A DNA stretch of 58,353 nt, from the IMG/VR virus record IMGVR_UViG_3300032245_000439, positions 1 to 58,353 of that record. One strand, 5' to 3'. The stretch comes from a virus. Taxonomy: Duplodnaviria > Caudoviricetes. Position 1 is the first letter of the stretch, and each line of letters starts with the position of its first letter. Position numbers and translations under genes: made by a program. Below are positions 1 to 9,397 of this stretch, piece after piece. The notes under the pieces are model-generated. The model had not been told where the DNA came from, ran no database searches, and saw only the letters and a list, made by a program, of their open reading frames with translations.

Positions 1-534
1 AAGAAGATCGCTTGGCATTTCCGTCAAAGCATTTGCTTGCGTGTAATTTGCAGCAATGAGAGGGAACTCAATAGAGCCGCGTGTGGCACTTTGAGCAAAA
101 ATATCACGCGCAGCCATGGAGCCGGGACGACGAACGTCAATGGTTCCTCCATTTGACGCGCCATCATTTTCTTTCTCACTGGTGCAAATCAAACGGTCAA
201 ACTCACCGGAATTGATGCGAGGAACAGCAAATCGCGTGATGCATGTCTGAGGACTATTTACATTCCCATATCCACGGACACAAAAACTGGTGTCAAATGT
301 CTGGGTTAAGAATGTGAAAGAACGGCAGTTGGCCTGTAGCCAAGCAGCAGCAGCTTGTGCAGTTTCCAAATTGGAATTAAAAAATGCACGGAGATCATAA
401 CGTACAGCTTCTGAAAAATTAAGGCTGCTGGTGTCAATAAAAACAGCCGTAACTTCATCATCTGTTGTGGTTAGCAACTTCCACAGCAGATATGTGCTGT
501 CAATGCCACCAGAAAATGTCAGAACGGTTTTCAT
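1..534 (-). CDS. PP-loop (QueC-like / N-type ATP pyrophosphatase) protein, 3' truncated by the window edge
   Basis: Not in the ORF track because it has no stop in the window. Manual translation from ATG 534 gives MKTVLTFSGGIDSTYLLWKLL..., open for 178 codons to base 1. SGGxDS PP-loop motif at the N-terminus; ATGA overlap with the upstream ORF stop. Confidence 0.75.
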   Translation of the reverse strand, partial: MKTVLTFSGGIDSTYLLWKLLTTTDDEVTAVFIDTSSLNFSEAVRYDLRAFFNSNLETAQAAAAWLQANCRSFTFLTQTFDTSFCVRGYGNVNSPQTCITRFAVPRINSGEFDRLICTSEKENDGASNGGTIDVRRPGSMAARDIFAQSATRGSIEFPLIAANYTQANALTEMPSDLL

Positions 535-914
535 ATTGCGCTCCCAAGAACAATGTCCCATTCCAGATATTGTTCATTCCAAATAGCAAAATAGTTAGCT
601 GGAACAGAAGGCATCGGAATTGGTGCTTGCCAAGTTGCATCTGATGATTGGAATGACCAAGACGGATATGGACGAGGATCAACAAAAACATCTAAAGGCG
701 GATAATAAAAACCACCAATAGAAGCGTACTTGCGACGAAAATTATTGTTGTAGCTAGTTTGTTTCCATACGGTGTCTGCTCCAAAAAGATTTTGGCAAAG
801 AGCTACACCAACAGGGTCACTTTCTGGAAAAGGCAAATAATCAATGTCTGCATTCGTGATCGCCACGACTTGCATAACGTTATTGTCCTGATCCAGTTGG
901 GCAAAATAAGCCAT
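531..914 (-). CDS. Phage protein typically adjacent to glycine-rich tail proteins (putative fibre-associated protein)
   Basis: 127 aa with WKQTSYNNNFRRKYASIG and PRPYPSW..W motifs common in freshwater phage fibre clusters; SD (GAGG) upstream. Confidence 0.7.
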   Translation of the reverse strand: MAYFAQLDQDNNVMQVVAITNADIDYLPFPESDPVGVALCQNLFGADTVWKQTSYNNNFRRKYASIGGFYYPPLDVFVDPRPYPSWSFQSSDATWQAPIPMPSVPANYFAIWNEQYLEWDIVLGSAI

Positions 915-923
915 TACCTTACC

Positions 924-1916
924 TCACTGATAAAGATAGCGGATGATGACAATACCGGAGCCACCAGAACCTGCGGTCTGCCCGTTCAAGCCTGTGCCGC
1001 CGCCACCGCCGCCTGTGTTTGCGGCACCTGAAGTTTGAGGTTGGACAAAAGCAGGGCTACCGCCATTGCCGCCACCACCCGATCCACCAGCACCCGGACC
1101 ATAACCAGCACCGCCGCCGCCGCCCGCATACAAAATGGAGGAGCCGCTAATTGAAGATGCCGCACCGCTACCTCCCTCACCTCCACCTGAATAAAGACTT
1201 TGGATAGTGCCGCTTCCGCCAACCGACCCCTTGCCACCGCCACCACCGCCAGCGGCAATGCCATATTTAGCTGAATTACCGCCACCACCGTTGTTGCCCT
1301 GACCAGCCGTCCCTTGACCAACTGAGCTTGTTGCACCATTGCCAGTGCCGCCACCAGACCCGCCATTTTTACCAAAATAATTTCCAGCGCCACCACCGCC
1401 ACCGCCGCCTGTTGATGTAATACCAAGTGCGGAGCTATTACTGCCGTTGTTTCCGTTAGAAGTTGTTCCGGCAGCGCCGCCCCCGACAGTGATCGTGTAA
1501 GAAGTTGCCGAAAGAGTTGCTGTTCCAGTTTGCATACCGCCAGCGCCGCCGCCAGCAGAAGATACGCCGCCGCCCCCTGCGCCGCCGCCAGCAACAATTA
1601 GATATGAAGCAGACGAGTCCGTGCCAACTTGCGAAACGCTAAATGTTCCAGACCCTGTAAAGGTATGGATTTTATAGTTACCGTCAGTTGTAACAGTGCC
1701 GCCAGTTGCAACTGTGTAGGTGATATTTGGAGTTGGACCTGTTCCGTAAAAGTTACTGAAGCTTAAAGCTCCAGAAGAAAACGTAAATGCCGTAGCGCCC
1801 CCAGCAACAGTATAATAAGTCGTTCCACGATATGAGTTAAGATTATTTCCGCGACCAAAGACCGCGTTAATCTCACTCATTGAAATTGCGCCGGAAGATT
1901 GCAGGAAAGTAGGCAT
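924..1916 (-). CDS. Glycine-rich tail/virion protein
   Basis: 330 aa with YKIHTFTGSGTF, poly-G tracts and a C-terminal GGSGIVIIRY motif typical of glycine-rich phage tail domains; coupled to the fibre stop. Confidence 0.75.
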   Translation of the reverse strand: MPTFLQSSGAISMSEINAVFGRGNNLNSYRGTTYYTVAGGATAFTFSSGALSFSNFYGTGPTPNITYTVATGGTVTTDGNYKIHTFTGSGTFSVSQVGTDSSASYLIVAGGGAGGGGVSSAGGGAGGMQTGTATLSATSYTITVGGGAAGTTSNGNNGSNSSALGITSTGGGGGGGAGNYFGKNGGSGGGTGNGATSSVGQGTAGQGNNGGGGNSAKYGIAAGGGGGGKGSVGGSGTIQSLYSGGGEGGSGAASSISGSSILYAGGGGGAGYGPGAGGSGGGGNGGSPAFVQPQTSGAANTGGGGGGTGLNGQTAGSGGSGIVIIRYLYQ

Positions 1917-4900
1917 TACTTAGTTTCCAGTTCTTTTACACGGGCAGACAATTCTTTAATCGCCTCGACCAACAGCGGGACAAGACGGTCATAATGAACC
2001 GTCAGATACTGCTCATCAATCGGTGCCGGAACAACAATTTCCGGCAGGATGGCCTGAACTTCCTGCGCAGAGACGCCAACTTCGGGCTTGGCCTTATAGC
2101 CAAGGGCCTGCGCAGTTTCATTTGCCTCATAATGGAAGCCGGAGATGGCCTCCACCTTTGCAAGAGCATTTTTAATGTTGCCCTTGCGAACCTTCAAGCG
2201 GTCATCGGAATAATAGGCAGTGATGTTGTTGGTAGCGCGGATTTCGCCAGCCGTGCCAGAGCCCGCCGTTCCAACACCCAGAGAGTTAAACTGCACGTTG
2301 GATGATGTGGCGACAGCCTGACCAATGCTGAAAGTTACAGCGCCAGTGCCTCCGCTGACGGACACACCAGTTCCGGCCACGGCTGAGGTGACGCCATTAT
2401 TGGTGATCGTGACGGCACCAGTTGCACCAGAAACAGAGATGCCAGTTCCGGCAACAGCCGACGTGACGCCTGTATTGGTAATTGTGACCGCACCAGTAGA
2501 GCCCGAAACGGAGATGCCCGTTCCTGCCGCATTGGATGTCACGCCAGCATTTGCGATAGAAATCGATCCGGGACCAGTTGTGATGCTGATACCCGTGGTC
2601 GCATTCAGCGCGGCAAGCGTGTAACCCGTGCCATTGCCAATTAGGATTTGACCATTGGTAGGCGTCGTCGAAACGCCTGTGCCGCCAGATGAAACCCCGA
2701 GAGCATTTGTGAGGCTCAAGGTGCCAATCGTGACAGTGCCACCAGTTGCGATGCTCATCGCAGTGGTTGCGCCGTTGTTGCCAACTTTGAACGAAATGCT
2801 GTCGGTCGTGCCAACGCCAGAAGTTGATTGAAGGATCAAGCTTGATGAAGCGCCCGTGCCACCAATAATCAATGGGCTGGTTGTTGAAGTGCTGAATGTC
2901 GGATTGTTGACTGTGTTGACAGTTACGCTGCCCGTCGAGCCGGACAGGCTGATGTTTGTGCCTGCGGTCAGGCCAGTGACGCCAGTGCTGCTGATTGTGA
3001 CGCCGCCTGTGGAAGCAGAAACACTGACGCCAGTGCCAGCGGTAACGCTAGTCACGCCAGTGTTAGCAATCGTGATGGATCCTGCGCCATTGGTGACGCT
3101 GATAGCTGTGCCAGCAGTCAGAGTTCCAAGCGAATAGTCGGTGCCATTGCCGATCAGAAGCTGACCATTGGTCGGCGTAGAGGTAATGTTCGTGCCGCCA
3201 TTGGCGATCGGCAACGTGCCGGACACATGCGTGGTCAGGCCAACTTTGCCATAAGACGGAGCCGCACCAACGCCGCCCGAAAGCAGGACGTTGCCAGTGG
3301 CAATATCAGCCAGCTTTGCCAGAGAAGTTGTGCCGTCAGCGTAAAGCAGATCGCCAATCGTGTAAGACGAGATGTTCGTGCCGCCGTTGGCAACAGGAAG
3401 AACGCCAGACAGCGAAGAGGCGCTGACTTGCGACCATGTAGGAGCAGCAGAAGCGCCGCCTGATGTCAAAACATAGCCGCTGGTGCCATATGTAGCGCCG
3501 CCAATGCCGAGCTGGCCTGACGGGCCAATGCGGAAGCGTTCGACAGGACTGGCCGCGCCAAGTGCAGTCGTATGGAACGAAATATACGAACCCTGCGCCG
3601 TGTCTGTGAAGTTCTCAGCAGCTTCAAGATCAATGCGAGCAACAGATGTGGTCGAATAATCTGTAGCGCCGCGACCACGACCACCATACTGAGACAGAAT
3701 ATCTCCCGTTTGGCTGGCAGTTGGAGACGCAGCAGTCCCACGCGATGAACGACCCGTATATGCTGGATAGTTACCAGTGCCAAAAGAGTCCTGCGTGATG
3801 CGAGTGATGGCGCTGTTCGCACCAACAATGTGCAAGTCAGTTCCAGCAGGAAGCGTTCCAGCCGTGACAGATGTCTGAGTTGGAGACACAACAGTCAGGA
3901 CCGCATCAGGAGAGCCAGTGCCGATGCCCAAAAAGTTGCTGGAATTATTCCAGAACAACTCACTGTTGCTTTGGCTGTATGTGCCAGACGCGCCAGCAAA
4001 CACAACAGAACCAGCCGTGAAGGCGGTCGATGTGCCTGTGCCGCCATTAGCAACCGGAAGCGTACCCGTCACGCCAGCCGTCAATGAAAGCTGACCAAAA
4101 GCGGGATTGGAAGACGCACCAGTGGACAGAAGCGGATAGCCTGTTGTGCTTGGAGCAGCAAAGGCCACGTTGCCCGTGCCGTTGCCAAGCATGACATTGT
4201 ATTGCGTCAGCGTTGTTAGGCCCGTGCCGCCAAGTGTAGTCGGGACAGTCGTCAACGAAATGTCGCTGCCCGTCTTCAGGAGCGGAGAAGACACGGTGAC
4301 CGAGCTGGATGAAGACGTCTGCGTCCATGTGAATGACGTCGTGCCAACAACCAAAGTGCCCGTTGTGGTCATAACCCAACCGGAGGCACCATAAATGTTG
4401 CCGTTGTTGATGAACGTGGCCGCGCCAGTTTCAATTTGGTTCGGGCCAGATCCAACGGTGTCAAAGTCTGTCGCGCGGGTCAAAACCCAAGCAACTGCAC
4501 CGCTGCCGACCGTTGTCAGCGTGTAAATGCCATTCTGCAATCCGCTTGTCTGATTTTTGACAAGGATGCGCGAGTTGATTGGCGGCGACTGGCCGTCTGT
4601 TGAAAACGCAGCCAAAGCGCCAGAATTTGTCAGGGTAGCGCCAACGCCACCAGTGCCATTGCTATAAGTGGCAGTCAGATTGGCAGTCGTGGTCGCGTAG
4701 CAAGCAGTGTGGAACGTCTGATTAGAGACGGTAGCAACCTGCGCATCAACATACTGTTTGGTTGAAGCCTCAAGGGCCAGTGTCGGGTCTTGCGTCAGCG
4801 TGACGGTCGTGAGGCCAGCCAGTGTCGTTGAAGTGCCGCCCAAAGCAATGCTGGTACTGCCAATCGTGACGCTGCTGTTGGTCAGACCAGCATTCGGGAT

Positions 4901-6082
4901 TGTAGCCGACGCAGTGAATGCGCCAGTGCCATTGCCGTAGACATAGCCAGTGAGCGTTGTTGCGCCCGTGCCGCCATTGGCAACAGGCAAAGTCCCGCTG
5001 ACATGCGTGGTCAGTCCGATCTTGCCGTAAGAAGGAGCAACGCCAACGCCGCCAGAAATAAGAGCATTTCCGGTAGCCACATCATTAAGGCGCGCCAAAG
5101 TAGATGACGTATCGGCGTAAAGGATGTCGCCTGTGGTGTAAGACCCAAAGCCAGTGCCTCCCTGCGGACCAGAAAGCGGCGTTGTCAGGCCCGAAAGGCT
5201 TGTGATGTCGCTGTTAGCGCCAGAAGCGGCAGCGCCAAGATTGCTACGAGCGCCAGCAGAAGTGGTAGCTCCAGTGCCGCCATAAGCAACAGCAACGGGA
5301 GTGCCTTGCCACACGCCAGTAGAAATCGTGCCAAGACTTGTCGCCCCCGTCGATGTCAGGGTTGTAAATGTGCCGGGAGCGGGAGTTGTGCCGCCGATAG
5401 TTGTGCCATTAATTGTGCCGCCAGTAATTGCAACGGCAGACGCATTTTGCGTGGCAATAGAGCCAAGACCCGTGACCGAAGTGTAGGGAATGGTAATTGA
5501 GACATTTGTCGCGTTGCTGATCTGGCCCGAAGCCAAAACAGTAAACTGCGGAACTGTCGAAGCCGAGCCATATGTCCCAGCAGTGACGCCAGTTGGCGCA
5601 ATCTGACCTGACGGGACAGAGAGGGTTGTCCAGATCGGAACAGCAGTTGTGCCTTGTGCCGTAAGAACCTGACCATTGGTGCCGCCAGTAAGCGCAGCCC
5701 ACGATGATGTGTCACGATAAAGGATGTTGCCCTTTGTCGATCCGATGACATCCAGAACCTGACTGACTGTCGCATCAGTCGGAGAAGCAGAGCCGCCCGT
5801 GACGTTTGCCTTAACCGTGCCAGCGGCCATCGGGGCCAAAAACGAATTAGTGATGCCCTGCGAATTAAGAGAAATTGTAACTGCGCTGCCAACCGTGCTG
5901 GCCGCGATCGGCGCTGTGCCAGTAACAGTTGCGACGCCCGGAGCCGGATATGCAGAGCTGATGTAAGTTGCAATCTGACTGGCTGTAACGCGAACTGAAG
6001 TGCCGCTCTGAACGCTTTCAAACTGCTCTGAACCACTAAGCCCAGTTGCCGCAGGAAGGTTCGGAATTTGGATGTTGCTCAT
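1916..6082 (-). CDS. Long tail fibre with C-terminal peptidase S74 intramolecular chaperone
   Basis: 1388 aa T/G/S-rich protein with LPVANGGTG and GVTSxxAGTGISVS repeats; C-terminal YSDDRLK...GVSAQEV...YDRLVPLLVEAIKEL S74 signature. Confidence 0.88.
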   Translation of the reverse strand: MSNIQIPNLPAATGLSGSEQFESVQSGTSVRVTASQIATYISSAYPAPGVATVTGTAPIAASTVGSAVTISLNSQGITNSFLAPMAAGTVKANVTGGSASPTDATVSQVLDVIGSTKGNILYRDTSSWAALTGGTNGQVLTAQGTTAVPIWTTLSVPSGQIAPTGVTAGTYGSASTVPQFTVLASGQISNATNVSITIPYTSVTGLGSIATQNASAVAITGGTINGTTIGGTTPAPGTFTTLTSTGATSLGTISTGVWQGTPVAVAYGGTGATTSAGARSNLGAAASGANSDITSLSGLTTPLSGPQGGTGFGSYTTGDILYADTSSTLARLNDVATGNALISGGVGVAPSYGKIGLTTHVSGTLPVANGGTGATTLTGYVYGNGTGAFTASATIPNAGLTNSSVTIGSTSIALGGTSTTLAGLTTVTLTQDPTLALEASTKQYVDAQVATVSNQTFHTACYATTTANLTATYSNGTGGVGATLTNSGALAAFSTDGQSPPINSRILVKNQTSGLQNGIYTLTTVGSGAVAWVLTRATDFDTVGSGPNQIETGAATFINNGNIYGASGWVMTTTGTLVVGTTSFTWTQTSSSSSVTVSSPLLKTGSDISLTTVPTTLGGTGLTTLTQYNVMLGNGTGNVAFAAPSTTGYPLLSTGASSNPAFGQLSLTAGVTGTLPVANGGTGTSTAFTAGSVVFAGASGTYSQSNSELFWNNSSNFLGIGTGSPDAVLTVVSPTQTSVTAGTLPAGTDLHIVGANSAITRITQDSFGTGNYPAYTGRSSRGTAASPTASQTGDILSQYGGRGRGATDYSTTSVARIDLEAAENFTDTAQGSYISFHTTALGAASPVERFRIGPSGQLGIGGATYGTSGYVLTSGGASAAPTWSQVSASSLSGVLPVANGGTNISSYTIGDLLYADGTTSLAKLADIATGNVLLSGGVGAAPSYGKVGLTTHVSGTLPIANGGTNITSTPTNGQLLIGNGTDYSLGTLTAGTAISVTNGAGSITIANTGVTSVTAGTGVSVSASTGGVTISSTGVTGLTAGTNISLSGSTGSVTVNTVNNPTFSTSTTSPLIIGGTGASSSLILQSTSGVGTTDSISFKVGNNGATTAMSIATGGTVTIGTLSLTNALGVSSGGTGVSTTPTNGQILIGNGTGYTLAALNATTGISITTGPGSISIANAGVTSNAAGTGISVSGSTGAVTITNTGVTSAVAGTGISVSGATGAVTITNNGVTSAVAGTGVSVSGGTGAVTFSIGQAVATSSNVQFNSLGVGTAGSGTAGEIRATNNITAYYSDDRLKVRKGNIKNALAKVEAISGFHYEANETAQALGYKAKPEVGVSAQEVQAILPEIVVPAPIDEQYLTVHYDRLVPLLVEAIKELSARVKELETK

Positions 6083-6591
6083 GTCAGCGGGCCTGTCTTC
6101 GGAACTGTAGTGTTATTATACGGCAATCCGGGGTCGTTGCCACCAGCATCGTTAGGAACAGTCGGACTTGTTCCCGGCTGAGTGTTGAGACCGTTCGGCG
6201 GCTCGCCAGTCTGTTGCGTGACGCGCGTGTCGTCGTCCTGCGTGATGCGTGTATCGCCGCCCGGCACAGGAATGCCAGTGACAGGATCGACCGTGTTCTG
6301 GCCCGACGTGACGCGCGTGTTAGTTTCGGCCGTGACAAAATCTTGCAAACGAGGCTGATTGATTGGCACGGGATCTGCCGGAATGATGATCGCGCGGAGC
6401 TGCTCTTGCGGCTCGTCGTAGCAATCATTGCAGACCAAAAGGCGGATGTTTTGCAGCGAAGCGCCGCGCCAATCATATTGCCACTTCAAGGCAACGTGGT
6501 TGTAGCGGAAGCCGCAGCGGTCACATATCGCATGCGCCTGTGGATTTGAGGCGCTGGTAGATGCGCGGCCGGAACGTGAGGCGTAACCCAT
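6079..6591 (-). CDS. Conserved phage late protein with CxxC...CxxC zinc motif
   Basis: 170 aa with ICDRCGFRY and LVCNDCYDEPQEQL; ATGA overlap with the fibre gene. Confidence 0.75.
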   Translation of the reverse strand: MGYASRSGRASTSASNPQAHAICDRCGFRYNHVALKWQYDWRGASLQNIRLLVCNDCYDEPQEQLRAIIIPADPVPINQPRLQDFVTAETNTRVTSGQNTVDPVTGIPVPGGDTRITQDDDTRVTQQTGEPPNGLNTQPGTSPTVPNDAGGNDPGLPYNNTTVPKTGPLT

Positions 6592-6600
6592 AGAGCCCCC

Positions 6601-7296
6601 TTATGGCCGGAAATAGCCCATGATTTGAGGAGAAATATACTGCTGCGCCTGCTCGATATTTTGTTCGGCGGCGACCGTATAAGCCTCATCAGCAAGGGGC
6701 TTGAGGATTTGTGTTTTGTCAGGTGCCCAGATGACAGCCAGACGTGCGGCAAGGCCATACGCGAAGGCGTCGAGCCAGAGGAACGGGATCTCGACCTGTT
6801 GACCGTTTTGGAGGTTTGCGTCTTGGATTTGACGGACGCGATAATACTTCAGCGTTTGCGCGCTTTGACCGTCTGGGACGGGCCAGATGGTCACAGTCGG
6901 CGAGATCAGGCGGTCAAACCAGAACACAGTCGGAAAGCCCTGCTGCTCCTTGTTGGGGTAGCTGGCATATTCCGTGCGGCTCACAGGCATGATGATGCGG
7001 TCGATCGGCTGGCCGTTGCCATTGTCCGTCTCGATGTAGGCGTCGAGGATCATGACCGTGTTGCTATTGACGTTGTAGGTCGTCTGGCCCTGCACGAGAG
7101 GCGTCGTGATGAGGTCGACAGCCCACAAGTTTACGCCGCGATTGCTCCAGTTTGAGCACATGAAGTTGGCCGCCATGCGGGCAGCTTCCAAGTGCTCCTG
7201 AAGAAGCGCAGTGTTCCTGACGCCGATGAGATTGTACGCATAGAGCGTGATCTCACCGAGCGACGGATTGAACGTGTAGGTGCCGCTCGTAGCCAT
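6601..7296 (-). CDS. Putative head-tail adaptor (tail tubular protein A-like)
   Basis: 231 aa; WSNRGVNLW, SRTEYASYPNK..QGFP, IWPVPD and GLAARLA motifs typical of podovirus adaptor-like proteins downstream of the capsid. Confidence 0.65.
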   Translation of the reverse strand: MATSGTYTFNPSLGEITLYAYNLIGVRNTALLQEHLEAARMAANFMCSNWSNRGVNLWAVDLITTPLVQGQTTYNVNSNTVMILDAYIETDNGNGQPIDRIIMPVSRTEYASYPNKEQQGFPTVFWFDRLISPTVTIWPVPDGQSAQTLKYYRVRQIQDANLQNGQQVEIPFLWLDAFAYGLAARLAVIWAPDKTQILKPLADEAYTVAAEQNIEQAQQYISPQIMGYFRP

Positions 7297-7305
7297 AAAC
7301 AGTCC

Positions 7306-8091
7306 TTACGGGGTGGCGTCGTTCTTGACCAGAAGAATGATGAACATTGACGAGCAAGCGTTGTTCGCAGCATCGCCGACAGCCTGTGCCTCAATCGTCG
7401 TTTTTTCAGGCACAACAAGGGGGTACTCAAACGAATAGTCCGCCGCGCTATTGTTGACGGTGACCACGGCAGCAGTGAGACGGATATTGTTGGTCCCGCG
7501 CGTCATGAGGCGACCCGTCACAGCGTTCGACCCGGAAACCTGACCGGACGAGAACAGCCCCTGAGACACATAGGCCGTGTACCCGGCAGGAACCGTGTAG
7601 CTCCCGGTAACACGCGCGTTATAGTCAAACGCAATAACGTCATAGATCGTAGCGGGAACGCCTGCGGTGACGGTTCCCGTGCCGAAATAGATCGTTCCCG
7701 CAGCCGTATTGCCTGAACCCGCCGTCTGCACATAGCAGTTATTAATATGCAGATACGACCTCGTTGTTGTTACCGCAGTCTGCCCGTTCAACGTGACAGT
7801 CTCGCTAATCACGTTATGGTTCGCGTCCAGCCCTTCAAGATAGACGGTACGAGCACCCGTTCCCGCAGCCGTGTCAGCAGCATTGCTAGAACTAACCGAA
7901 AGCTGCAAAGCAGTTGCAGGAAAAGTAAGAATGCCGCCCTGAGGCCAAACGGTTTCAACCGCTGTATCAACGTCCGGGTTAAATCCAAAGACGGTGATAG
8001 ACTGATGCCAAGTGATTTGCCCACGAGCAACTTGAAGTTCAAACGGCTCATAACGGCCATTCTGCGTGATTGACCAAGCTGTAACAGCCAT
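7306..8091 (-). CDS. Putative virion structural protein (beta-rich)
   Basis: 261 aa; FGFNPDVD..ETVW, TGARTV.LEGLD and YTVPAGYT motifs; located in the late operon. Confidence 0.65.
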   Translation of the reverse strand: MAVTAWSITQNGRYEPFELQVARGQITWHQSITVFGFNPDVDTAVETVWPQGGILTFPATALQLSVSSSNAADTAAGTGARTVYLEGLDANHNVISETVTLNGQTAVTTTRSYLHINNCYVQTAGSGNTAAGTIYFGTGTVTAGVPATIYDVIAFDYNARVTGSYTVPAGYTAYVSQGLFSSGQVSGSNAVTGRLMTRGTNNIRLTAAVVTVNNSAADYSFEYPLVVPEKTTIEAQAVGDAANNACSSMFIILLVKNDATP

Positions 8092-8093
8092 TT

Positions 8094-8261
8094 TTAGCTC
8101 CTCTTGCCAGCACGCGCTGCGGCGGCATTGTCGATTAAGTTAGGATATGGGCGGCCTGCGGCGCGAGCCTTGGCCTTGGCAGACTGAACCTGCTTGCGGT
8201 TCAAGTGCTTTACCTTTGCGTCTTTGGGGGCGTCTTTCTCCCAGAAAGGTTTTTCAGCCAT
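8094..8261 (-). CDS. Small basic phage protein (55 aa)
   Basis: Below the ORF-track cutoff. Manual translation MAEKPFWEKDAPKDAKVKHLNRKQVQSAKAKARAAGRPYPNLIDNAAAARAGKRS fills the gap between its neighbours exactly. Confidence 0.7.
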   Translation of the reverse strand: MAEKPFWEKDAPKDAKVKHLNRKQVQSAKAKARAAGRPYPNLIDNAAAARAGKRS

Positions 8262-8262
8262 T

Positions 8263-8502
8263 TTAGCAGTCCCACTTCCTTAAAGACTTGTTGATGCGGC
8301 TGTCTGGATCTGCGGCCTTCGCGGAACCTGTTAGCTTGCGCTTCATGCCAGTCATCCTAGCACAGAAGCTGTCTTTGCGCGAACCGCCTTCAGGCTGCGG
8401 GCGCTTAATATCGTGGCCCTGAGCGCGCAGAGATGCGCGACCCTTTTCATTAAGACCACCAGAAGGATTTTTGCCTTCCTTGCGTGTCCAAGCACCAGAC
8501 AT
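8263..8502 (-). CDS. Small basic phage protein (DUF6321-like)
   Basis: AWTRKEGKNPSGGLN...RKDSFCARM...SRINKSLRKWDC; start moved to ATG 8502 after a GGAGGG SD. Confidence 0.7.
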   Translation of the reverse strand: MSGAWTRKEGKNPSGGLNEKGRASLRAQGHDIKRPQPEGGSRKDSFCARMTGMKRKLTGSAKAADPDSRINKSLRKWDC

Positions 8503-8517
8503 CTCACCCTCCATTGC

Positions 8518-8545
8518 AAATACGGGGGCGCGAAGCCCCCGTAAA
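8518..8545 (-). terminator. Probable intrinsic terminator/hairpin
   Basis: On the minus strand: TACGGGGGC-TTCG-cGCCCCCGTA followed by TTT. Confidence 0.5.
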
Positions 8546-8569
8546 TAGCCACAGAACTAAGTTCAAAAC

Positions 8570-8815
8570 TTAGTAATGCGAAACCTTGCCACGGGGCGTG
8601 CCGGGGCCAGAGGCCGACGACAGAACACCACCGCCAGACTTACGCGGCTTGCGGCCAGCGTGAGCCATCGACATCGGGCTCTTGTCCTTGCCGACGGTCT
8701 TGCCGCCGCGCTTGAAGCCGTCATCGCCCTTCATCATTTCCTTAGCAACATTGCTGTCGCCACCCGAGTAAGCCGTGTGCGACTTAGCTTGGCGCTTGCC
8801 AGAATTACCTTTCAT
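8570..8815 (-). CDS. Small basic protein with KRGG/RKSGG motifs
   Basis: 81 aa, K/R/G rich; AGGAGG SD. Confidence 0.7.
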   Translation of the reverse strand: MKGNSGKRQAKSHTAYSGGDSNVAKEMMKGDDGFKRGGKTVGKDKSPMSMAHAGRKPRKSGGGVLSSASGPGTPRGKVSHY

Positions 8816-8827
8816 GTGAACCTCCTA

Positions 8828-9286
8828 TTAAGCGTTTGCTGCTTGGATGTAGCGAACGACGAGAGTGCCAGCACCCGGCGTTGCACTTGGCGCACCGGAC
8901 AGAACGTAGATGATGTCGTCAGATGTTCCGGTGTTGACCCAGTTACCAGTGCGGGTTGCATCAGTGCCGGGGGTAAGTGCGAGACGGCCAATCGCATTGG
9001 CGTTTGTTGCCGCAACAAACTCTGTGGCTGTGGCGGAAGAGCCAACGCTGATGGTGTAGGTTGTCGTGGCGCTTGACCAAACAGTCGTGACAAACAAATC
9101 AATCGCAACGATTGTACTGTTTGCCGGAATGCAAATGGTTGTTGCGGCAGCCGTTGCAGACTGCGTGATTGCAACCTGCTGAGACATCTCAACGAAGCCG
9201 ACATTCTTAACCGTTCCGGCAGTGGTGCCAGTCGTGTTCAGAACATCGCCAGCCTTAATAGGGCCAGTAAATGTGGTGGTGCTCAT
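8828..9286 (-). CDS. Putative capsid decoration/minor head protein
   Basis: MSTTTFTGPIKAG... 152 aa beta-rich protein immediately after the capsid gene; GGAGG SD before ATG 9286. Confidence 0.65.
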   Translation of the reverse strand: MSTTTFTGPIKAGDVLNTTGTTAGTVKNVGFVEMSQQVAITQSATAAATTICIPANSTIVAIDLFVTTVWSSATTTYTISVGSSATATEFVAATNANAIGRLALTPGTDATRTGNWVNTGTSDDIIYVLSGAPSATPGAGTLVVRYIQAANA

Positions 9287-9296
9287 ATGAGCCTCC

Positions 9297-9360
9297 TGCA
9301 CGAGTTAGCATACAGTCTGTGCAGCGTCCGCTAGGTCGGTCTGTATGCTTGAGAACCTAG
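9297..9360 (-). ncRNA. Structured, doubly pseudoknotted RNA element downstream of the capsid gene (candidate Mu-gpT-DE-like motif)
   Basis: Three interleaved complementary pairs: CTAGGT/ACCTAG, AGCATACAG/CTGTATGCT and TGCAC/GTGCA, the last abutting the next SD. Confidence 0.6.
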
Positions 9361-9363
9361 ATG

Positions 9364-9387
9364 AAAAGGCGGGGCCGAAGCCCCGCC
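9364..9387 (-). terminator. Intrinsic terminator after major capsid gene
   Basis: GGCGGGGC-TTCG-GCCCCGCC followed by TTTT on the minus strand. Confidence 0.8.
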
Positions 9388-9397
9388 CAATACCCGA

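Noticed and set aside
986-1597. 203-aa Ala/Val-rich ORF resembling a membrane protein
   Set aside because: Alternate-frame read-out of the poly-glycine codons of 924-1916.
1916-6082. Diversity-generating retroelement target in the tail fibre
   Set aside because: No reverse transcriptase is recognisable, and the internal repeats are diverged protein-level duplications rather than adenine-specific TR/VR pairs.
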